64,000 nt of DNA from Octopus vulgaris (taxonomy: Eukaryota): positions 54,560,001 to 54,624,000 of the forward strand of contig OX597823.1 in NCBI GenBank assembly GCA_951406725.2. The letters are read 5' to 3'. Below, in pieces: positions 52,409 to 64,000 of this stretch. The position numbers and the translations under genes were made by a program. The notes under the pieces are model-generated. The model searched no databases and had not been told where the DNA came from. It was given only the letters and a program-made list of their open reading frames with translations. Position 1 is the first letter of the stretch. Every line of letters starts with the position of its first letter.

Positions 52409-52640
52409 AGGCGGCGAGCTGGCAGAAACGTTAGCACGCCGGGCGAAATGCTTAGCGGTATTTCGTCTGCGTTACGTTGTGAGTTCAAATTCCGCCGAGG
52501 TCGACTTTGCCTTTCATCCTTTCGGGGTCGATAAATTAAGTACCAGTTACGTACTGGGGTCGATGTAATCGACTTAATACCTATGTCTGTCCTTGTTTGT
52601 CCCCTCTGTGTTTAGCCCCTTGTGGGTAATAAAGAAATAG
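52409..52640 (+). mobile_element. SINE family B (young) with TSD
   Basis: ggcggcgagctggcagaaacgttagc...gagttcaaattcc; flanking direct repeat aggtatatgataataag. Confidence 0.92.
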
Positions 52641-53269
52641 GTATATGATAATAAGTGCTGCAGCCACAATCATCCTGTATCTATAGAATGGACTACATTG
52701 TTTAATGTGTCCTTCCTTTTTAAGAAGCTTTGGCATATGATTTGATAAAATTTTGGCTGCTATTTCTAGCATTTTTAACGACTATATAGTGGTTTCCTTA
52801 TTGGTTTGTGGTTGATTTAGTTGTTATTTTGTCTAGGTCATTCCTGATTGATCATATTTATAATTAAAAACATTCTAGCCATGACCACCACATGTCTTTA
52901 TAGGTACAAAACATAATATATCATAACATCTAATGGGTCCTTCCTTTCCAGACAGTGGGCTGTAATTTCACTCAATGGTGTTGATAGTCTTGTTTTATGT
53001 ACTATAAACTTAATGGTACAATATATATGAAGATTAGTCAAATAACTAGCCAGACTGGGAAAATAACAAGTAAGGTTGATATTGATATAATAGTCAGCTA
53101 AAACCCTTGAAAGTAGTATCCCTGCTTGTTATAGGATGCTGAACTTCATGAAGAAGAGGATGTCGTACTGAATGTAACAAGGGGTTGAAATGCCGTGCCT
53201 GGAGAAGGCCCTCAAACCTATGCAAGCATGTAAGGAACATAGGACACTGTCAGTGATGACAATATCGAT

Positions 53270-53294
53270 CATGTTGGTGATGACAGTGAAGATA

Positions 53295-53328
<34 letters not shown>

Positions 53329-53575
53329 CAGTTACAATGATGATGGTGATGATGATGTCGATGATGATGATGATAATGATGATGATGATAATAATGATGA
53401 TGAAAATGATGATGAAAACGATAATGACGATGATAATGATGGTGATGATGATGAATGATGATGACAGCAATGATGTCAATGAGAACAATGATGATGATAA
53501 TGATGATGAAAACAATAACGATGATGACAATGATGATGACGATGATGATGATGATGATGATGACGACGACGATGA
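53270..53575. repeat. (GAT)n imperfect microsatellite
   Basis: Direct observation; similar tract at 48735-48860. Confidence 0.9.
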
Positions 53576-53989
53576 CACTGCGGATATTGTGGTTGACTTC
53601 ATTATAGAGATTGTCATAATATTTACTCAGTTTATCTCACAATTGACCCAATATGTATCACACAGTGAAAGTTAATTAAGCTTCTTAACAAAACTGTTGA
53701 TAATATAAATAGTCTTGTAAGGACATTGTAAAAAGGTAAAAAGTTCATGTTCATACAAGAATATAGAGATTGAGAGAGGGGGGATGGGAGGGGGAAGAGA
53801 AAGAAGGGAAGAGAGAGGAGGAAGAGAGACAGGGGCGAGAGATAGAGGCGGGGGGGGGGGCGAGGGAATTGAGTTGAGAAAGACATACAATCAGAAACAG
53901 TGACACAGACACACACAGTTATGAATACATACATACATACATACATACATACATACATACATGCATATATATATATATACATACATAAT

Positions 53990-54290
53990 TGGAACTGTAA
54001 AATTCTGTAAAACTTCCCCAAAGTTTAGCATTTAAGTACATATGTACAGGTTTAGATGTGCAACTATATGCATGAGAATACATACATAAAACAAGCCACC
54101 CCAAATCTGCACAAGAACCGACTTCAAGTACTGCATACACTTACCCAAACATGCACCAATTCCCTGATGATGTTGTTTAAAATTCCAATGGAAGAACCTT
54201 GGATTTAGGTTAAGAATGACTCTTTCTCCATCAACAAGAAATCTAGAAATAGAATGAAATAATATCATACATACATACATACATACATAC
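53990..54290 (+). mobile_element. Short 3' fragment of an R4/Dong-like LINE
   Basis: TVKFCKTSPKFSI* plus a 3'UTR homologous to 56360-56620, ending in (CATA)n. Confidence 0.7.
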
Positions 54291-54294
54291 ATTA

Positions 54295-54690
54295 TGTTAT
54301 TATTATTATTATGGCTGCCCCCCTCGTTATCGAGTATGGCCATTGCACAAAGCTTAACTGTTACTGGTGCTGTGATCGAATGTGACTTTTTAGCCCAGCT
54401 AAAGATCTGCAATGTCTTGTACAGAATTGGCAACTAATACCTTTACCGGTAATAGATGGCTATAGTTGTAACTGGGCTTTATGAACCTTTGTATGTCGTT
54501 TAAGTCCTCCTGCCGAATTACACTCTCTTCCACATGCCCGACAGATATGATTAGTATGGTGTGTTACACCACCACCAGTGGCCAGGTTGTCACTCATCTG
54601 TCTCGCTTTATGACTACAAAGATGACTCTTGAGTCCAGCTTTACTGAGGAAGGGTCTTGCACAGACATTGCATGTCAGCATCAAAGGAAG
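54295..54690 (-). mobile_element. Probable LINE 3' end encoding two C2H2 zinc fingers, with (TAA)n tail
   Basis: CNVCARPFLSKAGLKSHLCSH and CRACGRECNSAGGLKRHTKVH, stop at 54460, short UTR ending ggcagcc(ata)n. Confidence 0.55.
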
Positions 54691-54869
54691 ACATACATAC
54701 ATACATACATACATACTGTCAGACAGATAGACAGGCAGAGAGACAGACTGATAAACAGACAAACTGACAGACAAATACTGAGAATACCTGCTGGTAATAA
54801 TGAGTGTAAGGTTTGTCACAAGCAATGAAAATGTACTCAACACATTACAAATAGAGTTGGGTAAGTTTT

Positions 54870-56625
54870 ATCCTTCCATCCAATTTTTTTTCTGATGAAG
54901 CATGTTACAGGTATCTAGGGGTAGATTAAAACATACCTTTTGATAGCACCTGTAACAAGGCACATATCACTAAGGAATATTACAGCTGGGTAAAGAAAAT
55001 ATGGACCTTGGAACTCTCTGCATTCAATAAAACAGTGGTCCACAATGTGTTTGCAGTGCCAATACTCATACCAACATTTGGGGCTGCTTGATTGGATGCT
55101 TGATGAGATCCAAGTCATTGATGTGAAAACTCAGAAGATACTAACAAGCACATAATTTCCACATCAACAGTGACATAGACTGCCTCTACCTAAAAGAAAA
55201 ACAAGGCAGCAGAGGCTTAACATCGATTCAGACTGCTTTTGAATGTTATATCATATCCCTTCGGCAACATCTTTTAACCATCAAGTATTGAAGTGTATCC
55301 CTTGACCAAATTTGCCTACACAATGTAGATAACATAATGAGACTTGGAAAGCAGCCCCTAGAGCAGCATTCCTTGTCTGATAACCTTAAATACATGCCCA
55401 AAGATGTCACATGACTTTACTGCAACACATCATCAGATGAAAGGATGAGCATATATCAGAAGATCATCAAAGTAGTCTATCATGGACCAGCAACTGGATT
55501 ACTAACTCTCACTTGGGAGGGTATGCATTTGCAATCCAGGAACAGGAAATATCAATCAAATACCTGATGCACAAAAGGGGCAGAGATGCAGAGAAAACAC
55601 TAAAATGGGATAATCAATGCAGACTTTGTGGATTTAACACTGAAGATGTCACCCACATCGTAAGCAGTTGTCCAAAAATATCATTATGTTATTATCTACT
55701 TTGTCAGCCTTGTCTGGCACCTGTGCCAGTGGCACGTAAAAAGCACCCACTACACTCTCGGAGTGGTTGGCATTAGGAAGGGCATCCAGCCATAGGAACA
55801 TTGCCGAATCAGGCTGGGTCTGGTGCAGCCTTCTGGCTTCCCAGACCTCTGCTGAAGCGTCCAACCCATGCTAGCATGGAAAGCGGACGCTAAACAATGA
55901 TGATGAGGCAGTTTGTTGTAGCCATGACACGTATAATGAGATCTGTCAAAAGGATAGCCCCAAGGCCAAAGAGGTAAAATCTTACAGAATAGTAGAGATC
56001 ATAGCCACTCACAATATGAAATACTACTGTGGAATGTCCCAGTGAAAACCTCAATAAAATGTAAACATAACAGATCAGACATAGTGATCTCGGATGGAAA
56101 ATAGAAACTACGTACTGCAGTGGAAATCAGCTGCCCAGTGGATGACAGCAAGCTAAAAATCAGTGGAAAAGAAAACACCCATGCTGAACTATTGAGAAAT
56201 TTGCAGTTACTCTGCCTGGATTTCAAGTTCAGGTTTATAATTATTGGGGCTCTGGGATATGTAACAAACTGTCTAAGCACTGATCTTGAGAAATTAGGCT
56301 TCTTAAAACCAGAAAGGAGAAAGCTAATAAAAAAAGTACAGATTCAAATCATCAATGGAACTGGAAAACTTTGTGAAACTTTCCAGAAGTTTCATATTTA
56401 AGAATATATGCTCATGTCTAGACATGCAACTATATGCATAAGAATACATGCATAAGATAAAGCATATAAATCTGCACATGAACTGACTCTAAACACTGCA
56501 CACATATACACAAATACCCTGTTGATGTTGAAATTCCAATGAAGGACCCTTGGATCTAGGTTAGAAACCAGCTCTTTCTCTATAGGCAAGAAGTTTCGAA
56601 TTAATTTTGAATAATAACATACATA
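54870..56625 (+). pseudogene. R4/Dong-like non-LTR retrotransposon (RT thumb, CCHC, restriction-like endonuclease), decayed; interrupted by an RTE-tail repeat at 55703-55905
   Basis: YRYLGVD...KEYYSWVKKIWTLELSAFNK...GYAFAIQEQEI...CRLCGFNTEDVTHIVSSC...RSDIVI...EISCP...IIGALG. Confidence 0.85.
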
Positions 56626-56883
56626 ATAAAATAAATGTACCCTTTTAAAGCCTAGCCAGGCTCATGGTCCCGGTTTCCCGGTTTCAATGGCATATGTGTT
56701 CCCCAGCTGGATGGGACGCCAGTCCATCACAGTGTTACTCATTTTTGTCAGCTGAGTGGACTGGAGCAATGTGAAATGAAGTGTTTTGCTCAAGAACACA
56801 ACGCGTCGCCCGGTCCAGGAATTGAAACCACAATCTTACGATCATGGTGCTGACACCCTAACCACTAAGCTACGTGCCTCCAC
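56626..56883 (-). mobile_element. SINE family C (young) with 13-bp TSD
   Basis: TSD aataacatacata (56613-56625, 56884-56896); tRNA head ggaggcacgtagcttagtggttaggg. Confidence 0.9.
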
Positions 56884-57267
56884 AATAACATACATACTTA
56901 AGTATATAGTGTACTATCAATGATAAATTAATGGCTGAAATCAAAAAAATTGATAATCCACTAAAAGATCATGGTGGCTAAAGTTTAGTCTGAACTTCTG
57001 CGAGTGACTTCTACAGGAAGAAAATGGAGACAAGTAAAGGAATTATAGAGAGCCATAGTTATTGAAACAGTTGACTGTAATAGAAAAAGGTAAAAATGAC
57101 ACATATTGTTGTATCTTGCTGAAAGCATCAAGTATGCGGAAACAAAATTTTATGGGCAAAAAAATTTGTAAGGAACATAGCAATTTATGAAAATGAGTAA
57201 AGAAGCTCTCCTGATCTGAATAATCCATTGTTTGGGTTAGCTTCTTTTTTTTTTTCTTTACTTACAG

Positions 57268-57465
57268 TTCCGTTGTCATAAGGAATGCTCAATCCAACAT
57301 ATTGATTGTTCAAATTTATGCAACATGATCACAATCAGTAAACTGTTTCCATTCAAAAACAGGCAGTGGTTTTGGTGGGCGTTTTCTTTTTTGTTTTTGA
57401 TTTTGCACTATGGACTGTGACATTTCCAATACACATTTTATTAACCCCATACACAGAGATGAATG
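57268..57465 (+). other. Candidate spliced exon (5'UTR and possible ATG at 57410)
   Basis: Strong acceptor (T/C tract-cttacag) and donor ATG|GTAAGA; all three frames have stops before 57410 or shortly after; MDCDISNTHFINPIHRDE is open to the donor. Confidence 0.3.
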
Positions 57466-57506
57466 GTAAGATATGAACTTTGAATTAGTGATATCAAAAC
57501 TAAATA

Positions 57507-58994
57507 CTTTTACCCTTTTACTTGTTTCAGTCATTTGACTGCGGTCATGCCGGAGCACCACCTTTAGTTGAATAAAATCGACCCCAGGACTTATTCTTTG
57601 TATGCCTAGTACTTATTCTATTGGCCTCTTTTTGCTGAACCACTAAGTGACAGGGACATAGACACACCAGCATTGGTTGTCAAGCGATGGTGGGGGGACA
57701 GACACAAACAACAAACATATACATACATATATATACATATAGATATATATACGACTGGCTTCTTTCAGTTTCCGTCTATCAAATCCACTCACAAGGCCAC
57801 AAGGCTTTGGTCAGCCCGAGGCTATAGCAGAAGACACTTGCCCAAGGTACCATGCAGTAGGACTGAACCTGGAACCATGTGGTTGAGAAGCAAGCTTCTT
57901 TACCACACAGCCACTCCTGCACCTATTTGAAATACATCTAATACATTGCTGTACTGTCAGGGCCATCTTCACCACAACTATAATTGCAAAGAGACTCGTG
58001 GTCTCCCAAATGAGCTAGATAGTGTGGGAGAGTCAATGTAGTCACACAATCTGCTAGACATAACAGTAAAATGTTGTTGGTGAATGCAATTGAGACAACT
58101 TTAAATCAAAATCACCATCCATGCATCATATCATTTATCTTTTGCTTGTTGCAGTTGTTAGACTGTGGCCATGCTGGGGCACTGCTTTCAAGAATCTTAG
58201 TCAAATGAATTGACCCCAGTCCTTTTCCTTTTTTTTAAGCCTGGTACTTACTCCATTGGGCTCTTTTGCTGAACTGCTAAGTTACGGGTATGCAAACACT
58301 CCAACACTGGTTGTCAAACAGTGCTAGGGTAACAAACAGACACAAACACATGCACTCACACATACACATGCATGCATGCACACACACACACACACGAGTT
58401 TCATTCAGTTTCCATTTACCTGATCCCACTCACAAGATTTTGGTTGGCTGGAGGCCATACTAGTAGACACCGGGCCAAGGTGCCACACAGTGGGACTGAA
58501 CTTGGAAACCATGCGGTGGGGAATGAAGTTTCTTACCATACTGCAACATCTGTGTCATTACTAAATCTATATACACTGTTGAAAGTTATGATGCTTTTGT
58601 CTTTACTCTTTTACTTGTTTCAGTCATTTGACTGCGGCCATGCTGGAGCACTGCCTTTAGTCGAGCAAATCGACCTCGGGACTTATTCTTTGTAAGCCCA
58701 GTACTTATTCTATTGGTCTCTTTTGTCGAACCGCCAAGTGACGGGGACGTAAACACACCAGCATCGGTTGTCAAGAAATGCTAGGGGGACAAACATATAC
58801 ACACACATACATATATATATATAAATATATACGACAGGCTTCTTTTAGTTTCCGTCTACCAAATCCACTCACAAGGCATCGGTCGGCCTGGGGCTATCAC
58901 AGAAGACACTAGCCCAAGATGCCACGCAGTGGGACTGAACCCGGAACCATGTGGCTGGTTAGCAAGCTACTTACCACACAGCCACTCCTGCGCC
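57507..58994 (-). mobile_element. Three SINE family A copies (57507-57923, 58138-58548, 58601-58994)
   Basis: Reverse-complement family sequence. Confidence 0.88.
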
Positions 58995-59225
58995 TATGTC
59001 TGAGAAAAATCACTTTATAGACGTGTCAGAATAGGGCAAATATTGTTGAAGCAGTGGCTTATGAGAACAACAGATGCATTCTGCCCTATTTAGAACTTGT
59101 TAATGCCATGCACCTGTTCGTCACTTGTTAAAATTAAATTCATCTTGTGATATATAGAAAGCAGTGAACAGCAAACTCACTTGTTCTTGCAGAAAAGTTA
59201 CTGAGCTGTAAAAAAAAAAACTCAG

Positions 59226-59301
59226 TGAACAACAACAGCAGCAGCAGCAACTACAACTACCACTACTACTACTGCTGCTGCTGCTGCTACTACTACTACT
59301 G

Positions 59302-59368
<67 letters not shown>

Positions 59369-59369
59369 C

Positions 59370-59407
<38 letters not shown>

Positions 59408-59429
59408 CACTACCACCACCACCACCACC

Positions 59430-59497
<68 letters not shown>
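59226..59497. repeat. Compound (TAC)n/(CAC)n/(TGC)n trinucleotide tract
   Basis: Direct observation. Confidence 0.95.
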
Positions 59498-60690
59498 ATC
59501 CTTACCATTATCATCAATGTCATCACAATTTAGTGTCCATTTTCCATGCTGGTATGAATTGAATGGTTTGACAGGACCTGGCCAGCTGAAGAGCTGCCTG
59601 GGCCCTACGTCTCTTTTGGCATGGTTTCTACAACTGGATGCCCTTCCTATCACCAACTACTTTACAGAATGTACTAGGTGCTCCCATGCAGTACCAGTAC
59701 GAGTGCTTTGTACGTGGCACCAATACCCATGAGCCTGTAAGATTAAGACTGGCTCACAAGCTGATAAGATTAAAGTAAAATCATCATTTGTATACCATAC
59801 TTGATGTATATATATACCTTTGAAAGGCACAATGCTGTGGTTTTTGTCAGAGAGAAAATATTTTCCTGGACATGTTTTAAAAAATAGAATATATATTGGA
59901 ATGAAGCAAAGATCATTGCAGCAGTGACTCACAAGATAGATGCATTCCAACTCTACTTGGGGTGGATCAGGTTTCAATGGTGTGCACCTCTTTGTCACTT
60001 GCTAAAATAAAATCTAGTAAACAGTACATTCACTAGTATTGAGGAAAGCTTATCAAGCTCTAAAATCTTGGTGAATGTAATTGAAACTATTAAATTAAAA
60101 TTACCATCTGTGTATCATACTAAATGCATATACACCATTGAAAAGGTATGATGCTGTGGTTACTGGGAACAGAAAATCTCTTCACAAACATGTCATGCTA
60201 AAAATGCAGTATACTGGGGTCACACACACACACACGCTATTTTATTAAAGTTGTAAAAACTTTACAAACAGTTATTCAGAATTTCCAGTGACCCATTCAT
60301 CAGACAACTGAGTAATGGTTTAACTTTTTTTTTTCTGTAATAAAATAGTATTTTACTCTACCTTTGGTATTTGAGTACTATTTTTTCCACCTTGTCTTGC
60401 ACCTATGTGCTTACTTGTGCATATATACATATGTATATGCATTGGTTATCTGAGAAATAGGTCAATACATCACCAAGGCAAAATAAACTCCATTAATGTC
60501 AGTCATTATCACTGGGGTTTTTTTGTGTGTTTGATCTACTAAAAGAACAATGTAAATAGGTGTGTCAAATTACATTCTTATATGCCAAAAAAGTAAAACT
60601 TTAGCCATTTGATAAATAGATATTGAAAATTCCAGACCAAGTTAAAATATCTACTGGAGTCAATTTCATCTTTGACAGTTAGTATGTATA

Positions 60691-61097
60691 TTCTCTTTTC
60701 TCTCTTTTACTTGTTTCAGTCATTTGACTGCGGCCATGCTGGAGCACTGCCTTTAGTCGAGCAAATCGACTCTGGGACTTATTCTTTGTAAGCCCAGTAT
60801 TTATTCTATCGGTCTCTTTTGCCGAACCGCTAAGTGACGGGGACATAAACACACCAGCATCGGTTGTCAAGAAATGCTAGGGAGACAAACACAGACACAC
60901 AAACATACACACACACATATATATATACATATATACAACGGGCTTCTTTCAGTTTCCATCTACCAAATCCACTCACAAGGCTTTGGTCGGCCTGAGGCTA
61001 TAGTAGAAGACACTTGCCCAAGATGCTACGCAGTGGGACTGAACCCGGAACCATGTGGTTGGTAAGCAAGCTACTTACCACACAGCCACTCCTGCGC
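60691..61097 (-). mobile_element. SINE family A (young)
   Basis: Full-length reverse complement. Confidence 0.92.
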
Positions 61098-61153
61098 CGC
61101 ATGTATGTGTATGTGAGAAAAAATATGAACTGTCTGTAAGTGCGTGTGTATGT

Positions 61154-61184
<31 letters not shown>

Positions 61185-62111
61185 CACACGTGTGTGTGTG
61201 TGTGTAAATGGCCATGTCTGCAGGATGAGCACTGAAAGATTACCATGCCAATTTTTGTGGCAGCAGCAACTCATGCACTGGCAAATCCAGCACAGTGCCT
61301 CAAAGGAAGACATGGGTGAAACAAACTGTAGCAGAAGTGATTTAAACTGTCAATGTGTGAGATGTTTGCATTTTGACTCATCGAGGCTTAAATACCCCAA
61401 TATTGGCTCCACAAGGCCTTGTCGTTCCAGCAGTCACATGACCTTGTTATTAAGCGAACCTGTTGTTTGTATTGGTCAGCTTCTGGTTGTCCATTCGCAT
61501 TGGCACAACGGTTTATTTTTCCTTATGCAGGAAATTAATTGCCAGCTTCTGGAAGCCAACTATTCTCCATAAGTATGGCAGTTCTCAACTGTTGCAGGTC
61601 TTTGGCACTTGCCACTGACCACATGCAACATGTCTCCAGTAACGATGTATCTGACACCAGCCAGTCTCCACTTTCACCTCCACCGGACGCCTGTCTATAT
61701 AATTGCTGTATGAACACTACATGACCAACAGACCAACGGCTGTCTCTATACACCACCAAAGTATGTCAACTATGTCTACAATATCAACAGTCCAGCCTAA
61801 CCACAAATTTCTGTGTTGTAACATGTATCTTATTTCATCTATGGTAATCATTGTATTTTATAACGGAGAATAGATCATCACTTACCAGTTCAGTTTCAAT
61901 CTCAAATTGTATATATCACATTTCAACATTATCCTCATTAACCATCTTTGTTATATAAAACTGTGGAAGACTTGAAGTCCCAGCATCTCAACCTCAAGCA
62001 TGTTAAGGCCAGTGCCATGGAGTGTGAACTAATATCATCACCAGAGTCCCTCACCTACAGTAGTGTATTTGTTCATAGGACAGCTTTCCCCACTGGTCAC
62101 CAGCTGGAGAT

Positions 62112-62502
62112 TTTACTTACTCTCTTACTCTTTACTCCTTTACTCTTTTACTTGTTTCAGTCATTTGACTGGGGCCATGCTGGAGCACTGCCTTTAATCA
62201 AGCAATTCGACCCCGGGACTTATTCTTTTGTAAGCCTAGTACCTATTCTATCGGTCTCTTTTGCCGAACCTCTAAGTAACGGGGACATAAACACACCAGC
62301 ATCGGTTGTCAAGCAATGCTAGGGGGACAAACACACACACACGCATATATATATACATACATATATACGACGGGCTTCTTTCAGTTTCCGACTACCAAAT
62401 CCACTCACAAGGCTTTGGTCGGCCCGAGGCTATAGTAGAAGACACTTGCCCAAGGTGCCACGCAGTGGGACTGAACCCGGAACCACACAGCCACTCCTGC
62501 AC
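62112..62502 (-). mobile_element. SINE family A; a second partial copy at 62750-62908
   Basis: Reverse-complement family sequence. Confidence 0.9.
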
Positions 62503-62526
62503 CTATATACATATATATATATATAT

Positions 62527-62719
62527 ACTGGAGTAAACACATAAATGTGAAACAAGGTGGAAAAATGAGTACTCAAATACCAGTGGTAGAGTAATATGCT
62601 TTATTTAAAGCAGCAGAAAATTCAACAAAACCTGTTACTCTGAGTTTCCCGTTGCCGTTCATCAGACGGGAAACTCAGAGTAACAGGTTTTGTTGAATTT
62701 TCTGCTGCTTTAAATAAAG
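62527..62719 (-). mobile_element. Penelope-like pLTR with a perfect 54-bp fold-back, in (TA)n
   Basis: Arms 62599-62652 / 62666-62719 are identical reverse complements; hammerhead and AATAAA on the - strand; older relative at 60240-60420. Confidence 0.75.
62631..62670 (-). ncRNA. Minimal type-I hammerhead ribozyme
   Basis: cccgt-CTGATGA-a-cg(gcaa)cg-g-GAAA-ctcagag-TA-acagg: GNRA-capped stem II, GUA triplet. Confidence 0.65.
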
Positions 62720-63186
62720 TATATATATATATATATATATATACATATATACGACAGGCTTCTTTCAGGTTCCATCAACCAAATCCACTCACAAGGCTTT
62801 GGTCAGCCCAAGGCTATAGTAGAAGACACTTGCCCAAGGTGCCACGCATTGGGACTGAACCTGGAACCGTGTGGCTGGTAAACAAGCTACTTACCACACA
62901 GCCACTCCTTACTAGTTACTTTACTTAAATGGTTACATTATTAGTATGAACAAGAAGGCAGTGAGCTTGCAGAATTGTTAGCTTGCTGGAAAATAAACTC
63001 AACAGCATTTCATACATCTTTACATTCTCAATTCAAATGTCACCAAGGTCAACTTTGCCTTTCATTCTTTTAGGGTTGATAGAATAAATATCATTTGAGC
63101 ACTGAGGTTGATGTAATTGACTTGCTCTCTCTCCCACAAAATTTCAGGTCTTGTGCCTACAGTAGAAAGGGCTACTTGTGAGAACA

Positions 63187-63420
63187 GGGCAGCGAGCTGG
63201 CAGAAGCGTTAGCATGACGGGCGAAATGCTTAGCGGTATTTCGTCTGTTGCTATGTTCTGAGTTCAAATTCCGCCGAGGTCGACTTTGCCTTTCATCCTT
63301 TCGGGGTCGATTAAATAAGTACCAGTTACGCACTGGGGTCGATATAATCGACTTAATCCATTTGTCTGCCCTTGTTTGTCCTCTCTGTGTTTAGCCCCTT
63401 GTGGGTAGTAAAGAAATAGG
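63187..63420 (+). mobile_element. SINE family B with TSD; older copy at 62956-63170
   Basis: Flanking ggctac(t/a)tgtgagaaca direct repeat. Confidence 0.9.
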
Positions 63421-64000
63421 CTACATGTGAGAACAAAGGTAGTAGTAAACAGGCAGAACTGTTAAGAATGTAAAAAAAAAAAGAAAAATTGGCAGCATTT
63501 ACTTCCAGCTTTGTCTTTCATCCCCTTAGGGTCAATAAAATAAAGTACCAGTCAGGAAGTCAGGACTGGGGTCAGTGCTATCAATCAATCTCCTCCCACT
63601 AAAACTACTGACCTTCAACCAAAATTTGAAACAATTACTAGTGTGAGATGGGGTTCTGAGTTCAAATTCTACAGAGGTTACTTTCATCCTTTTAAAATCA
63701 ATTGCCTTACTGAAGTGTCAGGTATACGAAACAAGGACAGAAAAACTGACAATGTTACACAAATATAAATACAAAAATACAATAAAAAACAATAATAATA
63801 ATAATAACAGGACATAACAACAGGCATCTTTCGACTGGGGACGAATTGAATTCAGCTGGCATGTGTGGAAATGAAGCCTTACGACAGAGGGAAGAATATC
63901 GATGTGGCAGTGACCGTGGCCTTAGCCTTGCCATTGCCCATAGTAATGCTGTGAACATGTTGGCTTGCTTCAGTAGGTTCTGTTAAACCTTGTGGTATGC

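Noticed and set aside
53129-53675. Poly-M/poly-D and poly-S/I ORFs
   Set aside because: (GAT)n tract; no coding complexity.
59222-59656. Poly-V and poly-Y/H ORFs
   Set aside because: Trinucleotide microsatellite.
61192-61780. GC-richer segment with ORFs on both strands
   Set aside because: No recognisable domain in any frame and stops in the plausible ones; left uncalled.
63810-64000. LSLAIAHSNAVNML, resembling the C-terminus of CRE/R2-type LINEs
   Set aside because: Similarity too short, and the region is at the window edge.

Overview
AT-rich, repeat-saturated eukaryotic DNA. The SINE families, microsatellites and LINE types look like an Octopus (coleoid cephalopod) genome; this is my recognition, not a database result. 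No intact protein-coding gene can be supported, and most ORFs in the track are microsatellite or SINE artefacts. Recognisable content: about 30 tRNA-derived SINE copies in three families; decayed LINEs (CR1-like, RTE, R4/Dong-like); a full-length but dead mariner nested in a SINE; other Tc1/mariner relics; hAT, piggyBac and Merlin-like MITEs with target-site duplications (TSDs); and a non-autonomous Helitron. The most interesting signal is a set of sequence-unrelated elements, mostly fold-backs (19.2, 28.1, 29.2, 29.6, 44.4, 60.2, 62.6 kb). They carry complete or partial minimal type-I hammerhead ribozyme cores (CUGANGA...GAAA-short, often palindromic stem III-UH), several with a downstream AATAAA, as expected for non-autonomous Penelope-like/retrozyme-like units. 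A visibly CpG-richer domain (~21.8-40.3 kb) between CpG-poor flanks hints at an unmethylated intergenic or promoter region between two methylated gene bodies. SINE and degraded-LINE boundaries are approximate.
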